A stretch of DNA of 64,000 nucleotides, from contig JAEKKV010000023.1 in the NCBI GenBank assembly GCA_019510185.1, forward strand, positions 9,366 to 73,365, read 5' to 3'. The notes under the pieces were generated by a model that worked only from the letters and a program-made list of their open reading frames with translations, was not told the DNA's origin and made no database searches. This DNA is from Verrucomicrobiota bacterium (lineage in GTDB: Bacteria; Verrucomicrobiota; Verrucomicrobiia; Opitutales; Opitutaceae). The number at the start of each line of letters is the position of its first letter. Within the stretch, counting starts at the first letter, position 1. The translations under genes were made by a program, and so were the position numbers. Below are positions 1 through 8,902 of this stretch, piece by piece.

Positions 1-112
1 AAGCTCGACGGCGGCGAATATCACTCATGGCGGGAGAGCGAACGACGGGGATGCTGATGCTCCCGGCGGATGCTGCCAGTTGACGGCCAATACAGGGGAA
101 GAGCGTACCCGC

Positions 113-205
113 GAAGTTTGCACGCCGGGCGACAATCCAACGCTGGGGCTCGTGCTCTGCACCGACCAGAACGACGCTGTCGTCAAATACACCCTCGGCC
201 CGGAG
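113..205 (+). pseudogene. Fragment of a DUF1016/YhcG PD-(D/E)XK-family gene
   Basis: Translates as EVCTPGDNPTLGLVLCTDQNDAVVKYTLGPE, matching the C-terminal DNPTIGLILC...VVKY motif of YhcG proteins. No family-like sequence flanks it. Confidence 0.6.
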
Positions 206-366
206 CATGATTTAACCAACCGCCCTTGCGCGTCTCCATGGTGTCGCCATCGTCAAGCTCCGCTTTGCTCTCCAGCTTGACGAGGGCAGGGGGAGGCGCG
301 CTTATCCGGGGCGGTGGGGAAGTGGGCAGATTATCCACTCTTGGCCGGCCGGTTGCTGTCCGCTCT

Positions 367-1131
367 TCAACCGGCGGCTTGCGCGGCTGTTGGTTTGCGG
401 GGACGGCCGGCCCGCATGTCGCGACGGATGCGGTGGCGGGTGCAGAAGCGTCGAACGTCCTTCGTGCCGATGTCCAGACTCAGTGTGGCGAGGTGGACGC
501 GCAGGTCACGGGTGCGGTAGGCTTCGCGAGGGTGCCGCAGCATGTAAACCAGGGTGTGGAGCTTCCACCAGTCGGCGTAACCGATGGCGGTCCGGCGTTT
601 CGCCTTCTCCTCATACTTTTTCACGAACGACAGGGCGTCGTCCAAGTGTCGGAGCAATCGCCTTCGTCCCGACGGCAGCACCGATTCCAGCAACGCGAGA
701 CCGGCCCACCGGAGGGCAGGTGACGACTTCCCGGCGGCGCGCCATTCTCGCACAAGGAGGAACGTCCCCAAGTCGAGGGTGCCGGCTTGGTAGTGATGGA
801 TCAGTTGAACGACCTCGTTCCACGACAGCCCCCCGTAAAGCCGCGCTGGTATCTGTTCTTTCAACCGGCGCTGTTCTTCACGTAACGAGCCACCGTCATC
901 GGTGAGTTCCGCAAACCGGGTGATCTGCGGCCAATCGCCGTTCACGGCGATGCCGTCGATTTTCTCCCTCAATTTCGGATTCCGGGCGTAGTCCTCCCGC
1001 AGCCAGTGGCGCAGCTTCGGCGACTCCCGGTAGAGCTGGAGGAACAGGGCCACCGTGGCGCTCTCGTCGTCGTTTTCCGCCAGTCGCCGGAGGAGCACTT
1101 CGTCTTTCGCAGTGGAGGCTCGCGGCTTCAT
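367..1131 (-). CDS. Hypothetical protein (254 aa), basic C-terminus, possible winged-HTH
   Basis: 4-nt overlap with the upstream DUF3102 gene (translational coupling); protein-like composition; no recognisable family. Confidence 0.7.
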   Translation of the reverse strand: MKPRASTAKDEVLLRRLAENDDESATVALFLQLYRESPKLRHWLREDYARNPKLREKIDGIAVNGDWPQITRFAELTDDGGSLREEQRRLKEQIPARLYGGLSWNEVVQLIHHYQAGTLDLGTFLLVREWRAAGKSSPALRWAGLALLESVLPSGRRRLLRHLDDALSFVKKYEEKAKRRTAIGYADWWKLHTLVYMLRHPREAYRTRDLRVHLATLSLDIGTKDVRRFCTRHRIRRDMRAGRPRKPTAAQAAG

Positions 1132-1679
1132 GGCTGGTTCTTCTTAGAAAGCGACGAGCCGTTAAGGTTCTCCGACGGGCTGGGCTCGAAGAGCCGGCGC
1201 AGCCGGTCATAGAGCGCTCGCAGGTCTTGCCGGAATAGCTCCGGACTGGCTTGCGGTGTTTTGTCGTGGGTGTTCAGGGTTTCTAGGAGTCTGTTAGCCA
1301 GTCGAATATGGGCCGGGAGCTTTTCGACGTGCGGGGAGTCCGTCCGGCTCTTCGGCTCGGTCGCGATACCGAGACGCAAATACACTTGGCGCAGGCTCAG
1401 GCCTTGGAACTCCGACACGTCGGCCACGCTTTCGGCCAAGCGCATGTAGTTCTGAGCCGTGCGGCGCGACCCCTTGAAATTCTGTTCCAACCAGAATCCC
1501 CAGGCGGCGCCCATCGTGCGATAAACGCGTTTTTGCTCGGCCAGCAACAGCTGTCCGGCCTGCCACGCCGCCACCAAGGCGGCATGGAGGCATTTCTTGG
1601 AGTCCCCGGTCTGCCGGACGACTTCCTGATGCAGCCGGTTGATTTCCTGCGCTGGCGACGCAGGGGCGGGCGGGTTCAT
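1128..1679 (-). CDS. DUF3102 domain protein (phage/MGE associated)
   Basis: AGQLLLAEQKRV...WGFWLEQNFKGSRRTAQNYMRLA matches the DUF3102 pattern; coupled to both neighbours by 4-nt overlaps. Confidence 0.75.
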   Translation of the reverse strand: MNPPAPASPAQEINRLHQEVVRQTGDSKKCLHAALVAAWQAGQLLLAEQKRVYRTMGAAWGFWLEQNFKGSRRTAQNYMRLAESVADVSEFQGLSLRQVYLRLGIATEPKSRTDSPHVEKLPAHIRLANRLLETLNTHDKTPQASPELFRQDLRALYDRLRRLFEPSPSENLNGSSLSKKNQP

Positions 1680-1957
1680 GGCTGAAATCCCGTGTGGTGG
1701 CGGAAGCTTTCCGCCAGCTTGTGAATGTGCTGTCGGGTGCGGCCGGATACATCCCCGATGCGCGCGAGCGTGTCGCCGTCGATCAGGTCGGGCCGGACGC
1801 AGTAGAGCGCGACCGAGGTGCGCAAGCCGCGATCTTCGATGCTCGGGGCATCGGCCATCCAGATCAGCAGCCGGGTTATGACTTCGAGGGAGAGGACGCG
1901 GGCTTCCTGGCGGGGGTCGAGGGTTTCGACGAAGAAGGAATCATCATTGGTTTTCAT
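1676..1957 (-). CDS. Small protein with C-terminal helix-turn-helix (93 aa)
   Basis: Start chosen at MKTNDD (ATG 1957). C-terminal TLARIGDVSGRTRQHIHKLAESF is an HTH-like signature. Confidence 0.65.
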   Translation of the reverse strand: MKTNDDSFFVETLDPRQEARVLSLEVITRLLIWMADAPSIEDRGLRTSVALYCVRPDLIDGDTLARIGDVSGRTRQHIHKLAESFRHHTGFQP

Positions 1958-2043
1958 AGGTGGATTTGGGTTCGTCGCCACCTTACGCCCGGCTCGCATT
2001 TCAAAATAGGCCCAGCGCTCCGGCCCCGGAGCCGTGACCCCAT

Positions 2044-2063
2044 TCGGCAACACGTGTTGCCGA
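2044..2063. promoter_or_regulatory. Perfect 20-bp palindrome TCGGCAACACGTGTTGCCGA
   Basis: Read directly from the sequence; intergenic between the xis terminator and the HTH-DUF3102 operon. Function inferred. Confidence 0.5.
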
Positions 2064-2077
2064 TGCCTGGGATGTCT

Positions 2078-2118
2078 GAAAACAAAACGCCGCGCTGGCG
2101 GTGAAACCAGCGCGGCGT
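2078..2118 (-). terminator. Intrinsic terminator downstream of the xis-like gene
   Basis: 12-bp perfect stem ACGCCGCGCTGG/CCAGCGCGGCGT (2087-2118), followed on the minus strand by a U-rich tract (AAAACAAA on plus). Confidence 0.7.
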
Positions 2119-2137
2119 CGAATCCGGCGAAGAGCGG

Positions 2138-2365
2138 TCACCCGCGAGCCGGCACCTTCAGTTTCGTGCGGATGTGCTCCGACACCTCGGCGGGATCGTA
2201 ATAAACGAAGTGTCCTACGCGGTGATGCGGGATGCGACGGAGCTTGGTCCATTCCCGCAGCGTGCGGACGGACGGCTCCTTGCCTGCCGGGAATATCCCG
2301 CACAGGCGGAGGCCAAGGATGTCGGTGAGGCGGCCCTCATTCGAGGGCGTTGGAGGTGTGTTCAT
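2138..2365 (-). CDS. Excisionase-like/MerR-type HTH DNA-binding protein
   Basis: 75 aa, basic; PSVRTLREWTKLRRIPHHRVGHFVYYDPAEV is a typical Xis/HTH_17 pattern; directly downstream of the integrase. Confidence 0.8.
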   Translation of the reverse strand: MNTPPTPSNEGRLTDILGLRLCGIFPAGKEPSVRTLREWTKLRRIPHHRVGHFVYYDPAEVSEHIRTKLKVPARG

Positions 2366-2396
2366 GCCGCTTCCTGCCCGTCAACCGCCCCAGTCT

Positions 2397-3572
2397 TCAC
2401 GGTCCCGCTGGAGCGCCGCCGGTCCGCGTGGGCATGATGCCGAAGAACTGCGCGGCTTCCTCCGGGCTCTTCAAGTCGAGGTAATGCTTTTTGATGATGC
2501 TTTCGGAATTGCCGGCTTGGAGCGCCGCCTCGCCGAGGGATCGGAATTTCGCGACGTGCATCGAAATGAACGTGTGCCGCATCACGTCATGTGTGAGCCC
2601 GAACCGCTTCGCGATCTTCGCCCGGAATTTCTGGAGGTTGCGGATGATGATCGGGAATTTCTTCAGGGGATACGCGCGCAGCCACGCCGCGAGGTTGGGT
2701 TGAATCGCCACCGTGCGCAGTTCCTGCACCTTCGACACGTCCGGCTCGATGCGAATCACGCCGGTATCGAGCCGGACGTGCTCCGGCTTGAGCCGGAGGA
2801 TTTCACCGGTGCGCAGGCACGGACGGATGCCCGCAAAGAGGCAGAGGGCGAAGAACGGCACGAGACGGCCCCGCTGATAGGTTTCAACGTAGGCCATCAA
2901 CTCCTGGGCCTGCGCGGCGGTGATGGTCTTGGCGGAACCGCGCCGCCGGGCGATCCGGTGATGGGGAACTTTTTTGATGGGGTTGGTCGTGATCCATTCC
3001 TGCTGTTCGGCGAACTTGAGGAAGGTGGAGACGACCCCGCGCCGGTTGTTGTAGGTTTTGAGGCAGGCCTCTCCCCGTTGGAAATACGGGGTCAGGCGAG
3101 CGGGCGTAAGCTCGCCCACGGTCAGGCTGAGAAAGTGCTTTTTGAGCACCTTCATGTGGCGTTGAATCGTGATGAGCTGCGACGGCGAAATCAGCTTCCG
3201 CGCGTGCTCCTGGACCTTCATCGCGACGTAGGCATCGACCGCCCCGGCCAGCGGCTTTTGCTGCTCCGGCTCGCAGTGATTCGCCAAGGCGAAATCCACA
3301 TAGAAGGACAGGGACCGTTTGCGGTCGGCCAGACGGCGGAAAGCCGTTTCGGCTTCACGCACCTGGTCGGTGCTCAGGGTGGTGGTGACGGCGTGCAGGT
3401 TCGACGCGAGTTGCAGCGCCTTGATTTCGAGAGCGGCCTTTTCGGCGGCGGCTTCTTCTTGGGTCTTGAAGTTGCGGCGGATGCGGACGCCGTTCAGGCG
3501 TCCATCGACCCGCCACGAGAAAACCCCATTCCGGTTTTTGAACCGGCTGACGAGGAACGTAGGGTGACTCAT
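2397..3572 (-). CDS. Tyrosine recombinase/integrase
   Basis: Catalytic motifs GIRP, HDVMRH, AGNS and KKHY; N-terminal arm-binding-like WRVDG...RRNFKTQEEA. Start chosen at MSHPT. Confidence 0.92.
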   Translation of the reverse strand: MSHPTFLVSRFKNRNGVFSWRVDGRLNGVRIRRNFKTQEEAAAEKAALEIKALQLASNLHAVTTTLSTDQVREAETAFRRLADRKRSLSFYVDFALANHCEPEQQKPLAGAVDAYVAMKVQEHARKLISPSQLITIQRHMKVLKKHFLSLTVGELTPARLTPYFQRGEACLKTYNNRRGVVSTFLKFAEQQEWITTNPIKKVPHHRIARRRGSAKTITAAQAQELMAYVETYQRGRLVPFFALCLFAGIRPCLRTGEILRLKPEHVRLDTGVIRIEPDVSKVQELRTVAIQPNLAAWLRAYPLKKFPIIIRNLQKFRAKIAKRFGLTHDVMRHTFISMHVAKFRSLGEAALQAGNSESIIKKHYLDLKSPEEAAQFFGIMPTRTGGAPAGP

Positions 3573-3576
3573 AGCG

Positions 3577-3605
3577 TAGGTTGCCCACGTCAACCAGGCA
3601 ACCTA
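3577..3605. promoter_or_regulatory. 9-bp inverted repeat TAGGTTGCC-N11-GGCAACCTA upstream of the integrase
   Basis: Seen directly; lies between the tRNA 3' end and the integrase start. Confidence 0.4.
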
Positions 3606-3637
3606 GCTTCGAGTTTTTGCTCCTCAGAGGAGAAAAC

Positions 3638-3727
<90 letters not shown>

Positions 3728-3802
3728 GTTGCGTGGAGGCGAAAACGTAGAACCCCGCGCTCAAAACGGAAGCCGAAAGTTCGCCGGCTTCACGCGTTCC
3801 GC

Positions 3803-4210
3803 CTAACTGTGCTCGTCCTCACCCTGCTTGGGCACCCATCCGTTGGCCGGAAGATGATGCGTCAGAAACAGGTAGTAGCTCATCAGCCACCAACTACGTG
3901 AGGCGCGGTAAAACAGCATCGGAACCCCGATGGCGCCGATTCCGGCCAAGATGGAGGCAACGAGGCCCGAAAGCACGCCGGCGAGGTACAGGATCAGCAC
4001 GGGCACGAGAAATCCCACCAGGGTCACGCCGTAGTTCAACGACATGGAGCCGAGGAAAAATCCCTCGTCGCGCTCGATCTTGAGGCCGCAATCGGGACAT
4101 TCGCGGTTCAACTCGAACAGCGTCCCCTCCTTGAAGAGTTTTTTCGCGCCGCAGTTGGGGCAGCAATGGGTGAGGCCTCGGGCGATGATCTGGCCGCGGG
4201 TGACGTGCAT
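3803..4210 (-). CDS. DUF983 domain membrane protein
   Basis: CPNCG...CPDCG zinc-ribbon followed by two TM helices; start chosen at MHVTRG. Confidence 0.8.
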   Translation of the reverse strand: MHVTRGQIIARGLTHCCPNCGAKKLFKEGTLFELNRECPDCGLKIERDEGFFLGSMSLNYGVTLVGFLVPVLILYLAGVLSGLVASILAGIGAIGVPMLFYRASRSWWLMSYYLFLTHHLPANGWVPKQGEDEHS

Positions 4211-4278
4211 GGCGGCCACTAAGACGGCGGCCCGGGCGGAGCGCAAATCCGGAAGCCGGCGACGTCGCGGCGGGACAC

Positions 4279-4312
4279 AAAAAAGGCGCGCCGGAAAAAA
4301 CCGGCGCGCCTT
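4279..4312 (-). terminator. Intrinsic terminator of rpsB-tsf
   Basis: Perfect 12-bp stem AAGGCGCGCCGG/CCGGCGCGCCTT with an adjacent A-run (U tail on minus). Confidence 0.8.
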
Positions 4313-4338
4313 GAAGCGGAGCGGAGCCCGCGGGCGGC

Positions 4339-4932
<594 letters not shown>

Positions 4933-4956
4933 TAATTCAGAGGATTGTGAACGGGA

Positions 4957-5850
4957 TTATTCCTTGGGGGCGGCGACCTTCTTGCGGACGGCCGGGACCT
5001 TCTTCTTGGCGGCGGCGGGCTCGCCCTCGACGAGGGGGGCGACATCGCTCGGGATTTCGACCTTGGAGAGGTCGACTTCGCCTTCGGCGTTGACGGCGCC
5101 GGACGCGGCCGCGACGGCGGCGCTGACGGCCTTGAGGTCGGCTTGGCCGCGGGTGTTGCGGCGGGTCTCGCGCTGGGCGAGGCCGCTCTGCACCGCCTCG
5201 ACGATTGTCTCGACGATGATGCGGACGGACTTCACAGCGTCATCGTTGCCGGGGATCGGGTGCGAGAGCTTGGTGGGATCGGAATTGGTATCGACCAGGC
5301 CGATGCAGGGGATGCCGCAACGGGAGGCCTCGGCGACCGCGATCTCTTCATGATCGGCGTCGATGACGAACATGGCGGAGGGGAGGGCGGGCATGTCGAT
5401 GATGCCGGCGAAGTTTTTGTTCATGCGCACCATCTCGCGCTTGATGGCGGCTTCTTCCTTGGAGGAAAGCTTGGCGAGTTCGCCGGAGGTTTCCTGCTGC
5501 TGGTACTTCTTGAACTTCGCGATGGACTTCTTGACGGTGGCGAAATTAGTGAGGGTACCGCCCAGCCAGCGATCGACGCAGTAGGGCATGCTGGTGGCGG
5601 CGGCCGCTTCGCGGACGATTTCCTGGGCCTGGCGCTTGGTGCCGACGAAGAGCACGTTGCCGCCGGAGGCGACGGTTTCCTCGATGAAGGAGTAGGCCTT
5701 CTGGAGGAGCTCGTGGGTCTTGCCGAGGTCGATGATGGTGATGCCCTGGCGGTGGTCGAAGACGTAGGGCTTGGAGCGGGGGTTCCAACGCTTGGTCTGG
5801 TGACCAAAGTGGACGCCGGCATCGAGGAGGTCTTTAGCAGTGATGTTCAT
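4957..5850 (-). CDS. rpsB: 30S ribosomal protein S2 with Ala/Lys-rich C-terminal tail
   Basis: AGVHFGHQTKRWNP, RWLGGTLTNF and IPGNDDA motifs. Confidence 0.98.
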   Translation of the reverse strand: MNITAKDLLDAGVHFGHQTKRWNPRSKPYVFDHRQGITIIDLGKTHELLQKAYSFIEETVASGGNVLFVGTKRQAQEIVREAAAATSMPYCVDRWLGGTLTNFATVKKSIAKFKKYQQQETSGELAKLSSKEEAAIKREMVRMNKNFAGIIDMPALPSAMFVIDADHEEIAVAEASRCGIPCIGLVDTNSDPTKLSHPIPGNDDAVKSVRIIVETIVEAVQSGLAQRETRRNTRGQADLKAVSAAVAAASGAVNAEGEVDLSKVEIPSDVAPLVEGEPAAAKKKVPAVRKKVAAPKE

Positions 5851-6023
5851 GGGATCTATGTATCTGTTGAAACACAGGTCGGCCGATGGGCCGCCTTGCG
5901 ATCATGAGATGAGTGTTATGGTTGATGATTTCGCTGACGCTCTTTCGTGGGAAAGAGCGGAAAAGCACAGAGCGTGGAGCGGGGACTGGCAAGCGGAGAA
6001 TCGGGAATTTTTCAAAAAGGCCG

Positions 6024-6051
6024 TTGACAGGTCTTCCTGCAAAATCATGTT
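6024..6051 (+). promoter_or_regulatory. Candidate sigma70 promoter for tRNA-Met
   Basis: TTGACA at 6024-6029 and CATGTT 16 nt later, about 17 nt upstream of the tRNA. Confidence 0.4.
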
Positions 6052-6067
6052 CTCGCCCTCCCACTTG

Positions 6068-6145
<78 letters not shown>

Positions 6146-6155
6146 ATTTTCAGCT

Positions 6156-6197
6156 AAAGCCCGTTCGCAACAAAAGTTGCGAACGGGCTTTCTGTTT
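6156..6197 (+). terminator. Intrinsic terminator after tRNA-Met
   Basis: Perfect 16-bp stem AAAGCCCGTTCGCAAC/GTTGCGAACGGGCTTT followed by CTGTTT. Confidence 0.85.
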
Positions 6198-6369
6198 TAT
6201 CGAAAAGGTGCGGAAGACGAAATGACACGTCACTGTCCACGACCAAGTCGCTTCGGGTTTGGCGCTTACGCCGCAGGACTTAAGCGAGTGCAGCGTCAGG
6301 ATAAGCGGGGAATCAGCAAACTTATCACTGGGCAGTAAGATAGCCTTTCTACTGTCTAAGAAAACGGCC

Positions 6370-7242
6370 TCAGTTCTGGCGGTTTTGGATGTTGTTCAAT
6401 TGTTCGATTGCGCGGTCTCGCAGCGAACCTTGGGAGAGGGCTGCGACCCAACTCGGGGCCATGTCGGGGTCCTGAAAGGCGATCCGGGAGAGGAGCGCGA
6501 GGATGGTTTTGTTCTGATGCTCTCCCGCCGGGATTTGTTCGAAAACCAGTTGAGTGGCTTTGACGGGGTCCGTGTCGAACACCGTGAGCGCGATGCTTTC
6601 GATGAGGTTGTCGCGTTGCTGACCCGCAGATTGCGTGACGGCCCACTGGCACGCGGCCGGCAGGTCGGTCGTGGCCCAACGCGAGATGAGCCCTTCCAGC
6701 AGGCCATTGGGATTTTCGTCGAGCCGGTAGTCGATGGCGAGGGCGATGGCTTTTCGCGGATCGTTTCGGGCGACTTGGGTGCAGGCCATCGACATGGCAA
6801 CTTGTCGTTCGTAGGCGTTGTCGAAAGCGGCGCTTTTCGCCCACGAAAGCGCCTGCGTGGGATCGGTGGCACCCCAAACTTGCATGACGTGGAGCATGTA
6901 TTTCTTGCGCAGATCCTCATCAGGAATCGTGAGGATGAAATGGGCCGCGGCCGGCGCATCGCGGGTCGCCCAATCTTGGAGTAGCTCGTCGATCAATCCG
7001 GTTTTTTGAACGGAATCGTCCAAATTCAGAATGGCTGCGAAGGCTTCGGCGGGAGTTGGCGCCGGCTTCTTTTGGGTGGCAGCGGTGATGGGGGTAGCCT
7101 TGCCCGCAGGCAGGGATGTTGAAGGGAGCTGGCTAGGGTTTGCCGGTGCCCCCGCTATTTCCGGACGCGGCGCGTGGAGCAGCAGGAAGGCTGCTCCGCC
7201 TGCGACGGCCAGACCGGCGGCGAGGACGGGCGTGAGTTTCAT
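6370..7242 (-). CDS. Membrane-anchored/exported alpha-helical repeat protein (W-x3-DP-x2-A-x2-W family)
   Basis: N-terminal hydrophobic anchor, P/A/T-rich linker, repeats WATRDAPAAAHF, WGATDPTQALSW and WATTDLPAACQW. Confidence 0.85.
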   Translation of the reverse strand: MKLTPVLAAGLAVAGGAAFLLLHAPRPEIAGAPANPSQLPSTSLPAGKATPITAATQKKPAPTPAEAFAAILNLDDSVQKTGLIDELLQDWATRDAPAAAHFILTIPDEDLRKKYMLHVMQVWGATDPTQALSWAKSAAFDNAYERQVAMSMACTQVARNDPRKAIALAIDYRLDENPNGLLEGLISRWATTDLPAACQWAVTQSAGQQRDNLIESIALTVFDTDPVKATQLVFEQIPAGEHQNKTILALLSRIAFQDPDMAPSWVAALSQGSLRDRAIEQLNNIQNRQN

Positions 7243-8804
7243 GACTGCGGCTTCCAGGCGAGGCGGGCGAGCTGGTGGCCGACGACGAGCGCCTCGAAGC
7301 CGTCGCTGCCTTTCGGCAACACGCTGCAGACCGCCCGGTATTCAGGGCTGGACTGGCCGTCGATGATGACGATCCGTTGATCGCCTTTGCACACAGCATA
7401 GGCCACGTGCCGGCTGTCCGCCGAAAACGCGAGGGAGCCTGGCACGAGGCCTTCGTATTCGGGTTGGGCCGCGCCATCTATGACGATGAACCGGGTGTCT
7501 TTTTTCGAGGGATCGAGCTTGTAGAATTTCCCGGCTTCATAGGCGAGCCGCTGGCCGTCCGGACTGAAGACGAGGTGCGAGACCGTATCGAACTCCATGC
7601 CTCGTTTTTCATCGAGAACCGCCATCCGCTTGTCGCCGTTCCAGCCAACAAAGGCGAGGTGCTTGCTGTCGCGACTGAAGACAACGAGACCGGTGCCTCG
7701 ATCGAATTCCCCGCCGACGACATGGCTCGCAGAGCCGTCGAGCGCGGCGGTGATGACCTTCCATTTGTCATCCTGCTTGAGCGCTTGCGCGATCCGTTGG
7801 TTATCCGGGCTGAAGGTGGCGAAACCTTTGGCGAACTCTTCGCCGGTCGCGATCTCCGCGCGATCCACGATGAGCGTCCATTTTCCGGCTCGTTTGGCGT
7901 GGTAGGCGAGGTGTCGTCCGTCGGGACTGAAGACGAGGTTGTCCACTTGATCGTATTCGGGGCCGGCGAGGCCGTCGGTCACGACACGCCATTTGCCGTT
8001 CTCGGATTGTCCACCGTAGGCGAGGCGGCCGCCGTCGGGGCTGAAGATGAGGGAGGTTGCGGGGATGTTATCAAAGCCCGGGCCGGGCTGGCCGTCGAGG
8101 ACGACAACTTCGGGCTGGCCGTAGTTGCGAGCGGTGTAGGCCATGTGTCTGCCGTCTGCGCTGAAAGCGGGAATGGGGTTGCCGATTTTGTCGTAGGCGG
8201 GGCCTTCTTTGCCATCGACCACCACCACGGTTTTTGTGCCTTTCTTGGCGATATAGGCCAGACGCTGGCCGTCGGGAGAGAATTGCGGGGATTTGTAGGA
8301 GAGGGCGTCGTAGGGAAGCGACGTGGCCTGGCCATTGACGACGAGGCTCCACCGGTCTTTTCCGTCCACGATGGTGATGGCTCCGTAGGCGACGCTTTTT
8401 CCGTCGGAGCTGAAGGCGAAGCGGCTGATGCGGTCGTAAACCGGGCCGGCCTGGCCATCGATGACCGCGCGCCATTGGCCCTGCGGGCCGCAGCTGCTGC
8501 ATTCGGCGTCCTTGGTTTCCTTGACGATGGCATACGCGGTCCGGCCGTCGTGGCTTGAAACGAACGAGCTCTCGACGAAGGCACCGTCGAATTGAGGTCC
8601 GGCTGCGCGTCCGTCGAAAAAAATCCGTTTCGCGCCGCCTTCGGGAACGACGTAGGCCAGGTGCTGCTGGTCGGGCGTCAGAATCATGCTCACTGCGGCC
8701 GGGACGAGTCCGAGAGTGGATTCCGAGAACCGCGGGTTTTGACCGTGAACGGCCGATGCCAACAGAAGCGCCGCCACGGCGTTTCCGCATAAATATTTGT
8801 TCAT
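7239..8804 (-). CDS. Secreted TolB-like/PD40 beta-propeller repeat protein
   Basis: Signal peptide; 11 SPDG-x-RLAY-like repeats counted, with intervening DGxxGPxYD motifs; 4-nt overlap with the downstream gene. Confidence 0.9.
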   Translation of the reverse strand: MNKYLCGNAVAALLLASAVHGQNPRFSESTLGLVPAAVSMILTPDQQHLAYVVPEGGAKRIFFDGRAAGPQFDGAFVESSFVSSHDGRTAYAIVKETKDAECSSCGPQGQWRAVIDGQAGPVYDRISRFAFSSDGKSVAYGAITIVDGKDRWSLVVNGQATSLPYDALSYKSPQFSPDGQRLAYIAKKGTKTVVVVDGKEGPAYDKIGNPIPAFSADGRHMAYTARNYGQPEVVVLDGQPGPGFDNIPATSLIFSPDGGRLAYGGQSENGKWRVVTDGLAGPEYDQVDNLVFSPDGRHLAYHAKRAGKWTLIVDRAEIATGEEFAKGFATFSPDNQRIAQALKQDDKWKVITAALDGSASHVVGGEFDRGTGLVVFSRDSKHLAFVGWNGDKRMAVLDEKRGMEFDTVSHLVFSPDGQRLAYEAGKFYKLDPSKKDTRFIVIDGAAQPEYEGLVPGSLAFSADSRHVAYAVCKGDQRIVIIDGQSSPEYRAVCSVLPKGSDGFEALVVGHQLARLAWKPQS

Positions 8805-8840
8805 GGCAGGATATTCGTTTGAGGGTTCGCCTCAGCAAAA

Positions 8841-8871
8841 CTGCCTGCGGATCGAGGCGATCCGCAGGCAG
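8841..8871. terminator. Intergenic hairpin, probable terminator
   Basis: Perfect 14-bp stem CTGCCTGCGGATCG/CGATCCGCAGGCAG, preceded by AAAA on plus. Confidence 0.6.
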
Positions 8872-8902
8872 CGATTGAGGGCGATGTCTGCTGGATGAAC
8901 GA

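Larger units (their letters stand above)
1..3637 (-). mobile_element. Integrative element/genomic island arm inserted at the 3' end of tRNA-Ser(CGA); continues beyond the window start
   Basis: Tyrosine integrase starts 65 bp downstream of the tRNA 3' end, followed by co-oriented Xis-like HTH, HTH, DUF3102 and hypothetical genes. The other att site is not in the window. Confidence 0.8.

Noticed and set aside
1-28. Possible minus-strand gene start (MSDIRRRRA) leaving the window
   Set aside because: Nine codons only; cannot be supported without the adjoining sequence.
6259-6984. 241-aa plus-strand ORF after tRNA-Met, considered as an integrase remnant
   Set aside because: TTG start, no recombinase motifs, and it overlaps the better-supported minus-strand helical-repeat gene.
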